A stretch of DNA of 64,000 nucleotides from Eledone cirrhosa (Eukaryota), in assembly GCA_964016885.1 (NCBI GenBank), contig OZ024764.1:5394001-5458000 (forward strand), given 5' to 3'. The position numbers and the translations under genes were made by a program. Of the stretch, positions 1 through 12,848 are shown piece after piece. Under the pieces are notes generated by a model. That model did not search any database. It was not told the DNA's origin and saw only the letters and a list, made by a program, of their open reading frames with translations. Numbering within the stretch: the stretch's first letter is position 1; every line of letters begins with the position of its first letter.

Positions 1-184
1 CTTGTCTGCTGAATATAGTATGTTACCTTTACCACTGAGGGGTAAACAGTGAAACTGCCTGCCTAACACTTGTTGTACACCACTTACCATAACTCTAGCA
101 ACCCACCACATTTATTTCTACTGAATCTCATATTTGTTAAGTTTAACGTAGAGATTATAGTAATATCAATGTCTTGCTGTAGCT

Positions 185-1090
185 TATAGGGTAGGATACT
201 GTAGCGTAGGTTACCATAGGGCAGGTTACTGTAGGGTAGGTTACTATAGGGTAGGTTACCATAGGGTAGGTTACTGTAGGGTAGGTTACTGTAGGGTAGG
301 TTACTGTAGGGTAGGTTACCATAGGGTAGGTTACTGTAGGGTAGGATACTGTCTGGTAGGTTACCATAGGGTAGGTTACTGTAGGGTAGGTTACTGTAGG
401 GTAGGATACTGTAGGGTAGGTTACCATAGGGTAGGTTACTGTAGGTTAGGTTACTATAGGGTATGTTACCATAGCGTAGGTAAACTATAGGGTAGGTTAC
501 CATAGGGTAGGTTACTATAGAGTAGGTTATTATAGGGTAGGTTACCATAAGGCAGGTTATTATAGGGTAGGTTACTATAACATAGGTTACCATAGTGTAG
601 ATTACCTTAAATTAGGCTACCATAGGGTAGGTTACTATAGGTTGTTACCATATGGTTGGTTACCATAGGGTAGGTTACTGTAGATTAGGTCACCATAGGG
701 TAGGTTACTATAGGTTGTTACCATAGGGTAGGTTACTATAGGGTGTTACCATAGGGTAGGTTACTGTAGGGTAGGTTACTGTAGGGTAAGTTACCATAGG
801 GTAGGTTACCATAAAGTAGGTTACTGTAGGGTAGCTTACTATAACATAGGTTACCATCGGGTAGGTTACTATAACATAGGTTACCATAGGGTAGGTTACT
901 ATAACATAGGTTACCATAGTGTAGGTTACCATAGGGTGGCTTACCATGGGTTAGGTTACTATAGGGTTGGTTGCCATAGAGTAGGTTACCATGGGATAGG
1001 TTGCCATAGGGTATGTTACCATACCATAGGGCTGGTTACCATAGGGTAGATTACTATAAGTAGGTTACCATAGGTTTGTTAAGGTTAGGC
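185..1090. repeat. 15-bp minisatellite (TAGGGTAGGTTACCA/CTG)n
   Basis: About 60 tandem degenerate 15-mers. Confidence 0.95.
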
Positions 1091-1224
1091 TACGCTGGTT
1101 TACTCGGTGAGTTAAAACCCACTTGTGACTGTAGTGTTTTAGAAGAAGTGTCTTAATCTTTAGTGCGCCACTAAATTTTTTTAACTATTTCCCCTGAAAC
1201 TGCCTTATTTTTTGGGTGTCGTAT

Positions 1225-1860
1225 AGGACTATCTGGCATGTTTTCTATGGCTGGATGCCCTTCCTAACACCAACCACGTTTACAGTGTGGGGACTGGGAG
1301 GTTTTTACCATGTTAACTACACGGCCAATTTACAGCGTGGACTGTGTGTTTTATTGTCATGACACCTACACAACCTCATTTATTTAGAACTGTATGTTGT
1401 GTCACCAACATAACTTTACAGAGATGGGGGTGGTGTGGATGGGGTGGGGGGATGGGGGCGTATATTTGGTTAAGAGGTGCCTACTGACTGTAGGTTTCGT
1501 TTTGTACTTAGGCAAGGCGGGTCTTCTGTATTACTGCGTAGCGCCAAAGAGCTCGGTCCAGTGACATTGTCTTAGAGAGGTGTAAGTGTGTAAGGTCGGA
1601 CTTTATCAAATCGTCCCAGGTTTTTCTGGGTCTGCCTACTCCGTAACTTCCGTCAATTTTGATCACCCTGCACTTTTTGATACAGCTGTCGTCTTACATG
1701 CGCATCGCGTGACCATACCAACGTAGTCTTCTCTCGAGTAAACAGCATCTGATCCCTCTTATTCCTAATTTCTCACTTAGTTCATTTATGCTTTGCCGTT
1801 CACGTATATTACTATTACACATCCAGCGGCGTATTCATGCTTCGTTCCTCTCCAGTCTGA
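1225..1860 (-). mobile_element. RTE LINE 3' fragment
   Basis: Near-identical to the 3' region at 3330-3970; WYGH motif region and GGATGCCCTTCCTAACACCAACC 3'UTR. Confidence 0.85.
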
Positions 1861-1861
1861 A

Positions 1862-2765
1862 ACAAACTTCAAAAAATGAGACAACCACTTAATAACCTAT
1901 AGATCAAGTGAGCCCACCAGCCAGATAGATTTCATTGTTACCAGAAGACAGAGTGACTGTTATAAACACAAAGTCCCTCCCTAGTGAAGAATGCACCTCC
2001 CAACATACCTTAGGAGACAACCTGGAAGAAAAGAGTATAGATCAAAATCAAAAGGTCTTAAAGTCAATTTGGTAAAGACTAAAGTTCTAGTAAGTAGAAA
2101 GGAAAGCTGGGCCCAGATCTCTTCAGGTAAACTGTCCTGCTCAGTGATATATGCAAATGGCAATATATGTAAATGGCAAAACATAAATGTACTGGGAGAG
2201 AAATTAGGCATAAGAGGGATTAGATGCAGTGTGCAGGAGAGGGATTGTTTTGGTATGGACATGTGATATGTATGAAGGGTGACAGCAATATAAAAAGGTG
2301 CATAACGCACAAAGTTTACAGAAGCCGTGTAGTGGGCAGGTCTAGGAAGACTTAGGGTGAGGTAAGGAAAGCTGACTTTGTACAATTACACCTAGCTAAG
2401 GCAATGACACAGGATGGTGACCTCTGGCGCTATACACAATTATAGAGGACCTGCCCTCATAAATCCACGAGCTGAGGCATATATCTAGTATGTAACACCT
2501 TCCCCACCATCATCCCTCCCAAACACCTTAATTGATGTTATCATCCCACCCCTATAACTACATCCACAATCCACCAGACATTTTCCCTACCAACACCCCA
2601 CACAAGTTCTCAACCCTCACCATAAAGTGGTCCCACTGCAGCCATGACAAAGATGTCCAGTCCACACTGTACAGTGTTCATGTAGGTGTCCCTACAAAAA
2701 GCACCCAGCTCACTGTGTAAATGTGGTTGGCATTAGAAAGGACTTGCAACCATAAAAACCAAGCT
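1862..2765 (+). mobile_element. Degraded, internally deleted RTE LINE
   Basis: GLKVNLVKTKV and EKLGIRGIRC remnants plus a degenerate 3'UTR. Confidence 0.75.
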
Positions 2766-3240
2766 AAAGTCAGTTACATGTGAGTGAAACATGGTCCTCT
2801 GACCTGATCTCCCACAATGGGACAACCCAGCCAACACATTGCCATTTCTTAAGTGCCTTTCCAGAGATCAAGGTAACTGGCACACACAAGTCAGTCAGAG
2901 AATACCTTCTTTATTTAAGGCTTTTAACATCTGAAGCCAGATTTCATCTTCCCCAGCAGTTTTACTACATTTGAGCACTTTAACTGTTCTCGTGACCTCA
3001 GCCTCTGAGAGATTAGTCACCACTCCCAGATACACCTCATCTACATCCAAAGATGCTGTTGTGATCGGGTTTAGGAGGTCAGCAGCATATTCTCCCACCT
3101 TGTGAGGATGCACCTCTCTGAACACAGGAGTACCCCAGATTCATACTTGATAGCAGGTGTGGAGGAGGGCTTCATATTACGAAGTCGGTGGATGATCTGC
3201 CAAAACATTTTATGTGCATATGTATATATATATATATATA

Positions 3241-5080
3241 TCATCATCATCGTTTAATGTTCATCTTCTACGCTAGCATGGGTTTGGATGGGAATTTTCC
3301 CACTTGAGGCAAGATTGGTTATCTTGCTCGTATAGGACTGTCTGGCAGGTTTTCTACGGCTGGATGCCCTTCCTAACACCAACCACATTTACAGTGTGGG
3401 TCTGGGAGGTTTTTACTGTGTTACCTACACGGCCACATTACAGCCTGGACCGTGTTTTTTTTTTGTCGTGACACCTACACGACCTCATTATTTCGGGCTG
3501 GATGTTGTGGTACCAACATAACTTTACATCGAGAGGGGTGGTGTGGATGGGGTGGGGGTAGTTGGACGGGGGTGTATTTTGGTAAGAGGTGCCTACTGAG
3601 TGTAGGTTTCGCTTTGCACTTAGGCAAGGCAGGTCTTCTGTATTACTGCGTAGCGCCAAAGATCTCGGTCCAGTGACATTGTCTTGGAGAGGTGTAAGTG
3701 TGTGAGATCGGAATTTATCAATTCGTCCCAGGGTTTTCTGAGTCTGCCTACTCCGTGGCTACCATCTATTTTGATCGCCCTGCACTATTTATACAACTGT
3801 CGTCTTTCATGCGCATCACGTGACCATACCAACATAGTCTTCTCTCGAGTAAACAGCATCTGATCCCTCTTATTCCTAATTTCTCACTTAGTTCATTTAT
3901 GCTTTGCCGTTCACGTATATTACTATTACACATCCAGCGGAGCATGCAAACTTTGTTCCTCTCCAGTCTGCGTAGATCCTCTGCACACAATGCCCAGGTC
4001 TCACTGCCATGTAACATTGCTGTTCGTATGCAGGCATCATACAGCCTGCCTTTCATTTTTAGAGAGAACCCTTTAGCGGCCAATAGTGCTATAAGCTCTC
4101 TGAACTTTTTCATTCCAGTTCTGACTCTAGCTACTGTACTTTCAGAGCACCCTCCACCACTGCTGATTTTGTCACCCAGGTAACGGAACGTGTCCACTAT
4201 TTCTATAGAACCATCTGTGCAATGGAATGAGCTAGTATTTTGTGGGCACTTGCTGCAACTTATTGCATCTGAGCACCGGCCACATATAAAATCTATATTC
4301 TGAGTTAGCTTACCTGTGATCCCACTACATGTTTTATGCACCCACACTTTGCATTTGGGACATAAAAGGGAGTTTCTGCCTACTCCTTTCCTGAGCATGG
4401 CCATTTCCCAGATGGGACCAGTGCCCTATTTTCCCTCCTACATACTAGAACTTTAGTCTTAGACAGGTTAATTTTAAGGCCTTTTGATACTAGGCCATGC
4501 TTCCATGTTTCAAATTTCTTCTCTAGTTCAGCCATTGATTCAGCTATAAGCGTTAGATCATATGCGTATAGGAGTTCCCATGGGCAGCCGGTCTTGAACT
4601 CCTCTGTTATAGCCTGAAGGGCAATAATAAATAGGACGGGGCTAAGGACAAAGCGCTGATGAACACCAACTTTTACGCTAAACTCTTCACTATATTCGTT
4701 GTTAATTCTAACCTTGCTGACTGTTTCTTTATACATGGCTTGTATAGCTCTCACAAGCCATTCATCAACACCTAGTTTTCTGAGAGCCCACCAGATAATG
4801 GGGCGTGGGACTCTGTTAAAGGCATTCTCCAAGTCAAAAAAAGCTAAGTAAAGGGGTTTACTTTTAGCTAGGTACTTCTCCTGTAGTTGTCATACAATGA
4901 AAAGAGCGTCTGTGATACTTTTACCTGACACAAACCCAAACTGCATTTCATCTAGATCAATTCTCTCTCTGATTAGTTGCGCTATTACTTTTTCTGTGAC
5001 GCTCATGAACTGGTCAATTAATTTAATGCCTCTATAGTTTCCCCTATCTAGGGCATCTCCTTTACCCTTGTAGCAGTTAA
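3241..5080 (-). mobile_element. RTE LINE, 5'-truncated, frameshifted RT
   Basis: ORF pieces with GVHQ..VLSP, LYAYD, FRYLG, WYGHVMRM; (ATG)n tail at about 3241. Confidence 0.92.
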
Positions 5081-5499
5081 TGATGATGATATATATATAT
5101 AAAAGAAAAAGGATTTCGCTTCAAGCATATCTTTATACAATATGTATAAATATTTCGTATCTCCAAAGAAATACGGTTTTAGGAAGCCTTAGCTCTGCAA
5201 ACCCTGGGGGGCTAACGTCCTCTGGTGATGTCCAGCAGAAGCAAGGGGGACAACCGTCTATGCATTTCAGGCTTAACTGACCATCATCAGGACAGTCCCG
5301 CCCACTGCTTGTGACTGCTGGCCAGTTAAGTATGAAATGCATAGACGGTTGTCCCCCTTGCTTCTGCTGGACATCACCAGAGGCCTTGAAACCCTAAGTC
5401 CCTTTTGTTCTGTGTATGAACAGAAATAAATAATGTAATATATATATATGTATGTGTGTGTATCTATTTATATATTTAACTATATTTTTCTCATTACAG

Positions 5500-5532
5500 G
5501 ATACACTTCACTAATAGACAAAAGAAATTGAT
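5500..5532 (+). CDS. M13 gene exon (IHFTNRQKKLI, basic cytoplasmic segment before the TM)
   Basis: ttttctcattacag acceptor and gtaagt donor; ends in phase 2, matching the next exon. Confidence 0.65.
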
Positions 5533-6361
5533 GTAAGTGTTACCTTAACATACTGTCTAACCATTGTTTAATCTGCTCCTCCCTCTACCTCTCCCTTTAT
5601 ACACACACACACACACATATACCCCTATATATATATGTATACACACACAAATATATACACATATATACATATATATATACACACATATATATACATATAT
5701 ACAAGCGAGACACGGCCTGCTGACCAATCTCGCCTTAAGTGGGACAAAACCGTCCAACCCATGCTAGCATGGAAGATGGACTTTAAATGATGATGATATA
5801 TACACACTGACACATATATATATACATATATATATACACATATATATACGCATATATTTATATATATATATGAGTTCAAGTCCGCCGAGGTTAACTTTGC
5901 CTTTCATCTTTACGAGGTCGATAAAATAAAGTACCAGTGGTGCACTGGGGTAATCGCTGGCCTTGTGCCAAAAGTAGAAACTATAATTATATATATATAA
6001 CCAAAGATTAATATGGTTCGTTGATTACTCAACGAATACAGTTTTACAATAGATTAGAAGCACTCAACAGTGAAAGTTTTCCTGAACTTTTTAATATTAA
6101 CAAATGAAAAATATTCTCATAATCAAAATATATACTTTATTATATACATTTCAAAGGTATATGACATACCTCTACGGTCTTGATTATTCAATTCCAGTAT
6201 TGCAGTCACTGCCAATACTGGAATTGAAGAATCAAGACCGTAGCGCTATGTCATAATCATATATTTTGTCTGATGAGGACATACTGAAAAAACAACAATA
6301 TATATAATATAGTATATATTTTGATTATGCGAATATTTTTCATTTGTTAACATTTTGAATA

Positions 6362-6443
<82 letters not shown>

Positions 6444-6958
6444 ATGTATGTATAGGTAAAATGAATAATGAAAGAGTTGCAAGCCTTTAAAACATATCTT
6501 TATAAAGCTCTTACATATGTTATATATATATATATATATACAATATTAAATAAATGGAAAACTATATTTATAAAACCATATCTATTTCATTATATATATT
6601 TCGGGGATATCATATTAACAATATGCTATGCCTTCATCAGACAAAATACAATATAAACAGTTTTATAGATAAATATATTCGACTGCTAGAGTAAACCTCT
6701 TCAAATGAAGTCGATGTTTATTACGGTATGTCGAATATATTTATCTATAAAACTGTTTATATTGTATTTTGTCTGATGAAGGCATAGCATATTGTTAATA
6801 TGATATCCCCGAAATATATATAATGAAATAGATATGGTTTTATAAATATAGTTTTCCATTTATTTAATATTGTAAATATACTCCAAATATTTGTCGAGTG
6901 CTTTTATATCAGTTATAAATATTTACTAGTTGTAACCCAACAATTTTAAATATAACTT

Positions 6959-6996
<38 letters not shown>

Positions 6997-7101
6997 AACC
7001 AGTAAGACCCCTTACTGGTTCCTATTACCCACTCTACTACCTCAAGTATTGAGTACTTTGGTGCGTTATGGTCCACCTGGTTCCTTACCACATTTCCTTC
7101 G

Positions 7102-7157
<56 letters not shown>

Positions 7158-10100
7158 TCATTATCATTTTATGTCCGCTTTTCCCTGCTTGCAAGGGTTG
7201 GGCTCTCACCACCACTGGCCATGTTTTTCGTGGTCTTCCTTTTACTGGGATTTTTTAGCACCTCTTTACCCAGCGGTCATCCTCGATGCACATCACTTGT
7301 CCATACCATCTCAGTCTTCTCTCCTGCACACCACAACTCAATCCCCAGTTTCTCTCTCAACTCATCTATGGTCTTGTTGTTCACGCATATTGACACACAC
7401 ACACACATATATATATTAATTCTATTGACTGATTAATAGCTCTTGTTAATTTTAAAACCATTCTGTTGAGAGCTTAATTCGTTTTGTGATATTTTGCAAT
7501 TTTGCAATAACACACATACTGAATTCATCCGCCAAAACTAAGGGCTGCCCCCCCCCCCCCCTCTATCAAGCCCCACGTGGGTTTTGATAACGGTCAGTCC
7601 TTGGCTTGGCACTGAACTAAAAGCCTGTTGCAAAAGTGACTTCCTTGTTCGATCATCATACAAAAAGCTTAACATTATTTGTCTAAGTAGACAGTACTTG
7701 ATTTATGAGTTGCAGAAACCCAATACTGGATATTACCAACCTTCCAGGGGTCCGGGTATAATTTTCCATCATATTTTATTTGTTTAATAATAATAATGAA
7801 ATTATTGTGTAAAGTGCTCAGGTGCACTACAACTCGTCAATATAGTACATAGAATAATACACAAATGTCAGGGAAGTACATGTATGTATGTGTTAGCTGT
7901 TCTGTTGGCGGATCTCGGGAAGCATGGAGGCCTTAAAGGATGCAGTGTCTCGACAGCTAACAACCGATGCAGGTAGTTTCTTCCATGCTTCAGCAACTAT
8001 GAGCGTGAAAAAATGTTTCCGAAAGTCATGGGAACTGTGCTGTTTTCTTACTTTGTGGGCATGTCCACGTGTGTTAGACACATGGAAATCGAAAAGGAAC
8101 TCAGGGTTGTTGTTGGCAACATGGTTAACAATTTTGTGGGTGTTTACTAACTCAGTTGCCAGGCGTCGGAGCTTCAATGAATCCATACCCAGGGAAGCAA
8201 GGCGCTCAGAGTATGATAGATGCCTGATGGAGGGTATTCGCTTGGTTGCACGTCTCTGAACAGTTTCCAGGCGGTCAATGTCCTGAGCAAGATAGGGGTT
8301 CCAGACTGGTGATGCAAATTCTAAGTGTGGTCGCACCATAACTGTATACAGCCTTAAATAGATATCTGGAGAGCGGCTGACAAAGGTCTTGCTGAGTGAT
8401 GCTAAGACACCCTCGGCCCTCTTGACAATTTTAGAGACGTGCCTCATCCAACGCAAATCGCTGCTGACCGTAATGCCCAGGTCACGTTCACAGGAAGACT
8501 TCTTGATATTAGTGCTGTGGAGGGAGTATGTGGACGCTGGGTTTTTACTCCCAAAATGCATGGTGGTGCACTTGTCCACAGCTAGCTTGAGTTGCCAGTC
8601 TGATATCCATTGTTGCATTGTGTCCAGGTCAGACTGCAAGTAAGATCTATAGTGTTCAGGATCTGTCCTTTTTATCTCAAGGTACAGCTTGATGTCGTCT
8701 GCGTACTTTAGCACTGTGGCATTCCTTAAGTTGGCATCTATATCATTAATATATGCCACAAACAAAAGGGGGCCAAGAACAGATCCCTGTGGTACACCAG
8801 ATGACATCTCATATGGTGAGGAATGCTGTCCCAGAACCGTGACTACCTCTCTTCGACTGAGAATGAAGGACTTCAACCAGTTAAAAAGATCATCCTTCAC
8901 ACCCATTGCAGAGAGTTTTGCCATAAGCCTTTTGTGTGGCACAGAATTGAAGGCCTTCGCAAAGTCAAGGTAAACAACATCCACCCATGAGCCGCCATCA
9001 GTGATCCGGGTGATGTCCTCAAGAAACTCTATAAGTTGATCACAGCAGCTGGAGTTGGGGATAAATCCAAATTGCGAGGGCCGGATAAGACTGTGAAAGC
9101 TCCAGAAGTTCCAAAGTGTTTCTCTGACACAGGATTCCATCAGTTTGGCGATGCAACTAGTAAGACTGACTGGACGATAGTTCACAGGTGATGTGCGGTC
9201 ACCCTTTTTGAACAGAGGAATGACACTGGCAGTTTTCCACTGTTCTGGAGTAGCACTGTTGTTCAGACAGAATTGGAAGAAGCGTGATAACTGGTGTAGA
9301 AGGAAGTACCCACCACGTTTAAGAAGCAGGTACGTAACACCATCAAGACCAGGAGAGACATGGTTGCGTTTATTTTTTAGTTGACGTCGCAACATTGCAG
9401 GTGTAAATTCCATGGTTGTAATAGAGTTCGGTGTCATAGGTGGTGGAGATGGTACACTCTGGTCTTCAATAGTGAAAATGCCTGCATAGCATTCAGCAAT
9501 GAGCTCTGCGCATTCCTTGGCGTCGTCAGTAACCTGGCTTGTGTGGGGATTGCGAAGAGGACCAACTGGAGAGTGAGGCCTCTGCTTTGAGTGAACATAC
9601 TTCCAGAACACCTTACTGTCAGGGCTGGTTGCTATGCGCTGCTCAAATTGAAGCACTGCCTTTTTTGTCACCTGTTTGAGGTGGTTGGACGATCTATTTC
9701 GCCTCTTCCTATTAATGTCTGATTTGTGAAATTTGTACTCACGTTCAGCATTACGCCGTTCTTTTCTGGCAAGACGGACTGCTGCAGTCTCCCAAATTGC
9801 GCTTTTGGGATGTTTTTTCCGCTTATGTGGCACCGATGCTGCACATGCTGTCCATATTGAGCTCAGGATGTTCTGGAGTACAGTGTCGACATCTCCAGAG
9901 TCGTAGAACTCAAGCCAGTTTGGCCGTTGCAACTCGGTGCAGTAACAGTTCCAGTCTGCTTTATTCCAGTCAAAGTGAGCAGTTTGGAGATGGTTGTGGT
10001 TCTTGTTACTGCCCATGAGGGATAGATTGGCAATGATCATAGCATGATCAGAGTCACCTAAAGGTTCCTCAGCAGTAACACTAATGACCGTTTCAGGAGT

Positions 10101-12798
10101 AGTGGTGAAGAGCAGGTCCAAAGTGTTGTCACCTCTTGTTGGGGAGGTGACCACCTGGGACAAACTCGAGTCCAGCACCAGCTCAAGGAAGTCATTTGCA
10201 CTTGGCAGCCAACGAAAGGTCTCCCACTCAATCTCAGGGTGATTGAAGTCATCTGCAATGAAAACATAAGTGGCTGTCTTCCTGGCAGCAGCTCTGAAGA
10301 TATCACAAAGTTGAGTGTCCTGATGGTAATTTGGGGGACGGTAAACGACTCCAAGTAGCAGTGTTGACATGGTCATACGTATATCGCAGAAAAAAACTTC
10401 CTGCTGTGATTGGTTCAAATCAGCACAAGGAATTGCCGACAGATTTGACCGAACGTAGACCATTACACCACCACCATGATTAATACGGTCTTTACGAAAC
10501 AGGCTGTAGCCAGTCATGCTGAAAACCCCATCACAGAGTAAGGGATGTGCCCAAGTTTCCGTGACTGTAATGAAGTCCGAGTTGATACTTTTGACGTAGG
10601 AGTCAAAAAGATGAATCTTATTGCATAGACTACGTGCATTCAAGGACAACAATTTGTACTTTGATTCCAGTCTATGATTATGTGCAGGGGATGGCAGGTT
10701 GTTCTGATTTAGTTTCCCAGAGTTTTTTCAGTTTCTTTATTGTCAGTTGTTGTGGGTACAGTGTTTTCAGACCAGCTGGTGTCTCTTTTCCATGATTCGC
10801 CGGTATTCTCACACAAAATAGTGTGGTTTCTTTTCACGTGTGTGTATATGCATATGGTATATATCTGTATATAAATCTGTGTGTATATTGTTGTTTATAT
10901 GTTTTGTGGAGTACTTACTGCGATCCTTAAGGGATGTAGTGATTTGTTTTGTTTTTTTTCCTTTTTTCCCCGTCCATGTCCACACGTGGTTTGTTGGCGA
11001 AAATCAAGTCAAATTATATATACTTCGTTAAGATAATTCTATCTTGAAACTGGTACTAGTTGTCAGGGAACAGTCAAAGTAATTGTAATAATGAATATTG
11101 TAATCCATCTGACATGTGTTTAAAGGGCAGTTTTTGGTGAAAATATTATATTTTGTTTGGTCAAGACGTGGTCAAGCGAACTTCCTTGTTGCCATTTTGG
11201 CTGGCTAGACCCGAATTACTTGGTCGTTTCTATGGCTGTGCGGATAATGGTTTAACCATCGTCTCAGTGTGTTTGGCCTTTTAATTTATGTTGTTGCTCT
11301 AGTTCACTAGCTTCTATGGAGCGCTTGCCACACATCTCGGAAGTTGTTTTTCGCTAATTTCCAATAGCAGAAATGTGATTCTCGCTAATTTATATATATA
11401 TATATATATATACACGTATAAGGGATAACAAAATATCGTTATAGGTAATCCAGGTAGAGGTTGTGAATACTCTGTATTGTGATTAGTCTTAGTCTACGGC
11501 GTTGATTGACTCAACAAGAGGTTTCCGTAGGTGGCAAGTATTTGAGTTCTCTTGAATTCCTATGTAAGTTTATCTTGGAGTAATAATATTGAAAGTGTGA
11601 AGAATAACATCGTCAACAGTACAAAAACAGGTTTTTATTTACAGTATTAACAATTGTTTCACTGATTAAGTTGTCTAAAAATTGCTGAAAACTTGAAGCT
11701 GTGCCACTCAATCTACTATATATATTGGAAGTGGTCGGACGTTGTATATTTAAGTAAATAAGTAGGTGTAGTCGGATAAACGTCGAAACGGTTTGGTGGA
11801 ATGCAGCAATTATACAGTTATGCAGAATGACCCGAGGAGGCGTTGGGTTGACTTTCAAGCTACAAGCTTCCATGGTTACGGAGAAAATCGATGAAACAGG
11901 AATTTCCCATTCAAATTGAACTGAGAGTAATCTGTGAACGCAGAAGTAAATATTTCGAGAAACGTTGCAACCGAACGAAAACAGGAAGGCGATATTTTGG
12001 TTCGTGAAGACGTTCACTGGCAATGAACAGAAAAAAAGCGAGGATAATACGTCGTTATGTGGACCGAGAAGAACAATTTCATGCAGAGACAAGACCAAGT
12101 TTATGGTATAAATGGAGTCGTTAGACTAATATTCTATTTAAAATAACAGAATGATTTCCAGCCCCGGAGTTTAAGAATCATGTAAATAAAATTGTAAACC
12201 AAAATGGCAGAGGTTATTAAAATAGTAAAAGTAAATAGTGAAGATTTAGGCCAGTACATACGTATGCCCCGACGGACATACACATACATACGCACACACA
12301 AATACATACACACCCACAAACACACACACGCACGCATACGTATGTATAAACCTTATGCATTTCTACAGTATTTTCACCAAACTTAAGACATAGGTTACTT
12401 ATGTACTCCGGATGGTCATGGGCACTTTCATTTTTCCAGATATTGATTATAGGGCCTCCCGGCAGATAACCCCCTTTAACCACTTCCTTGGAGTCAACTG
12501 AAGCACTGCAGTGCAATGCAACAAAACGTTCTGGAGTTCGCAACTGATTTTCACAAAACCTGACACATGGGCTACGTTTGTTCTACAGATGAACGTGAAC
12601 TCTCAGAATTGGCACATATTGAGTAGGGGACCACTGGGGGCAGAAACCCCCTTTTGGAAAAAGCCGATGATTTTGTAAAAGAATAGTTTTCGAAGCAGCA
12701 CTGAAGTATTGACATAAATGTTATACACAACTGCTATTTGATACCCGAGCAAGTTTTAAATATGTTGTTAGCTTAACCAGATCATCAGAATATTTATA

Positions 12799-12848
<50 letters not shown>

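Noticed and set aside
84-947. YSNLP/VTYPT repeat ORFs and a telomere-like look
   Set aside because: 15-bp minisatellite; not (TTAGGG)n and no sign of a chromosome end.
11613-12098. 161-aa minus-strand ORF
   Set aside because: No recognisable motif or splice context; likely a chance frame in an unclassified repeat.
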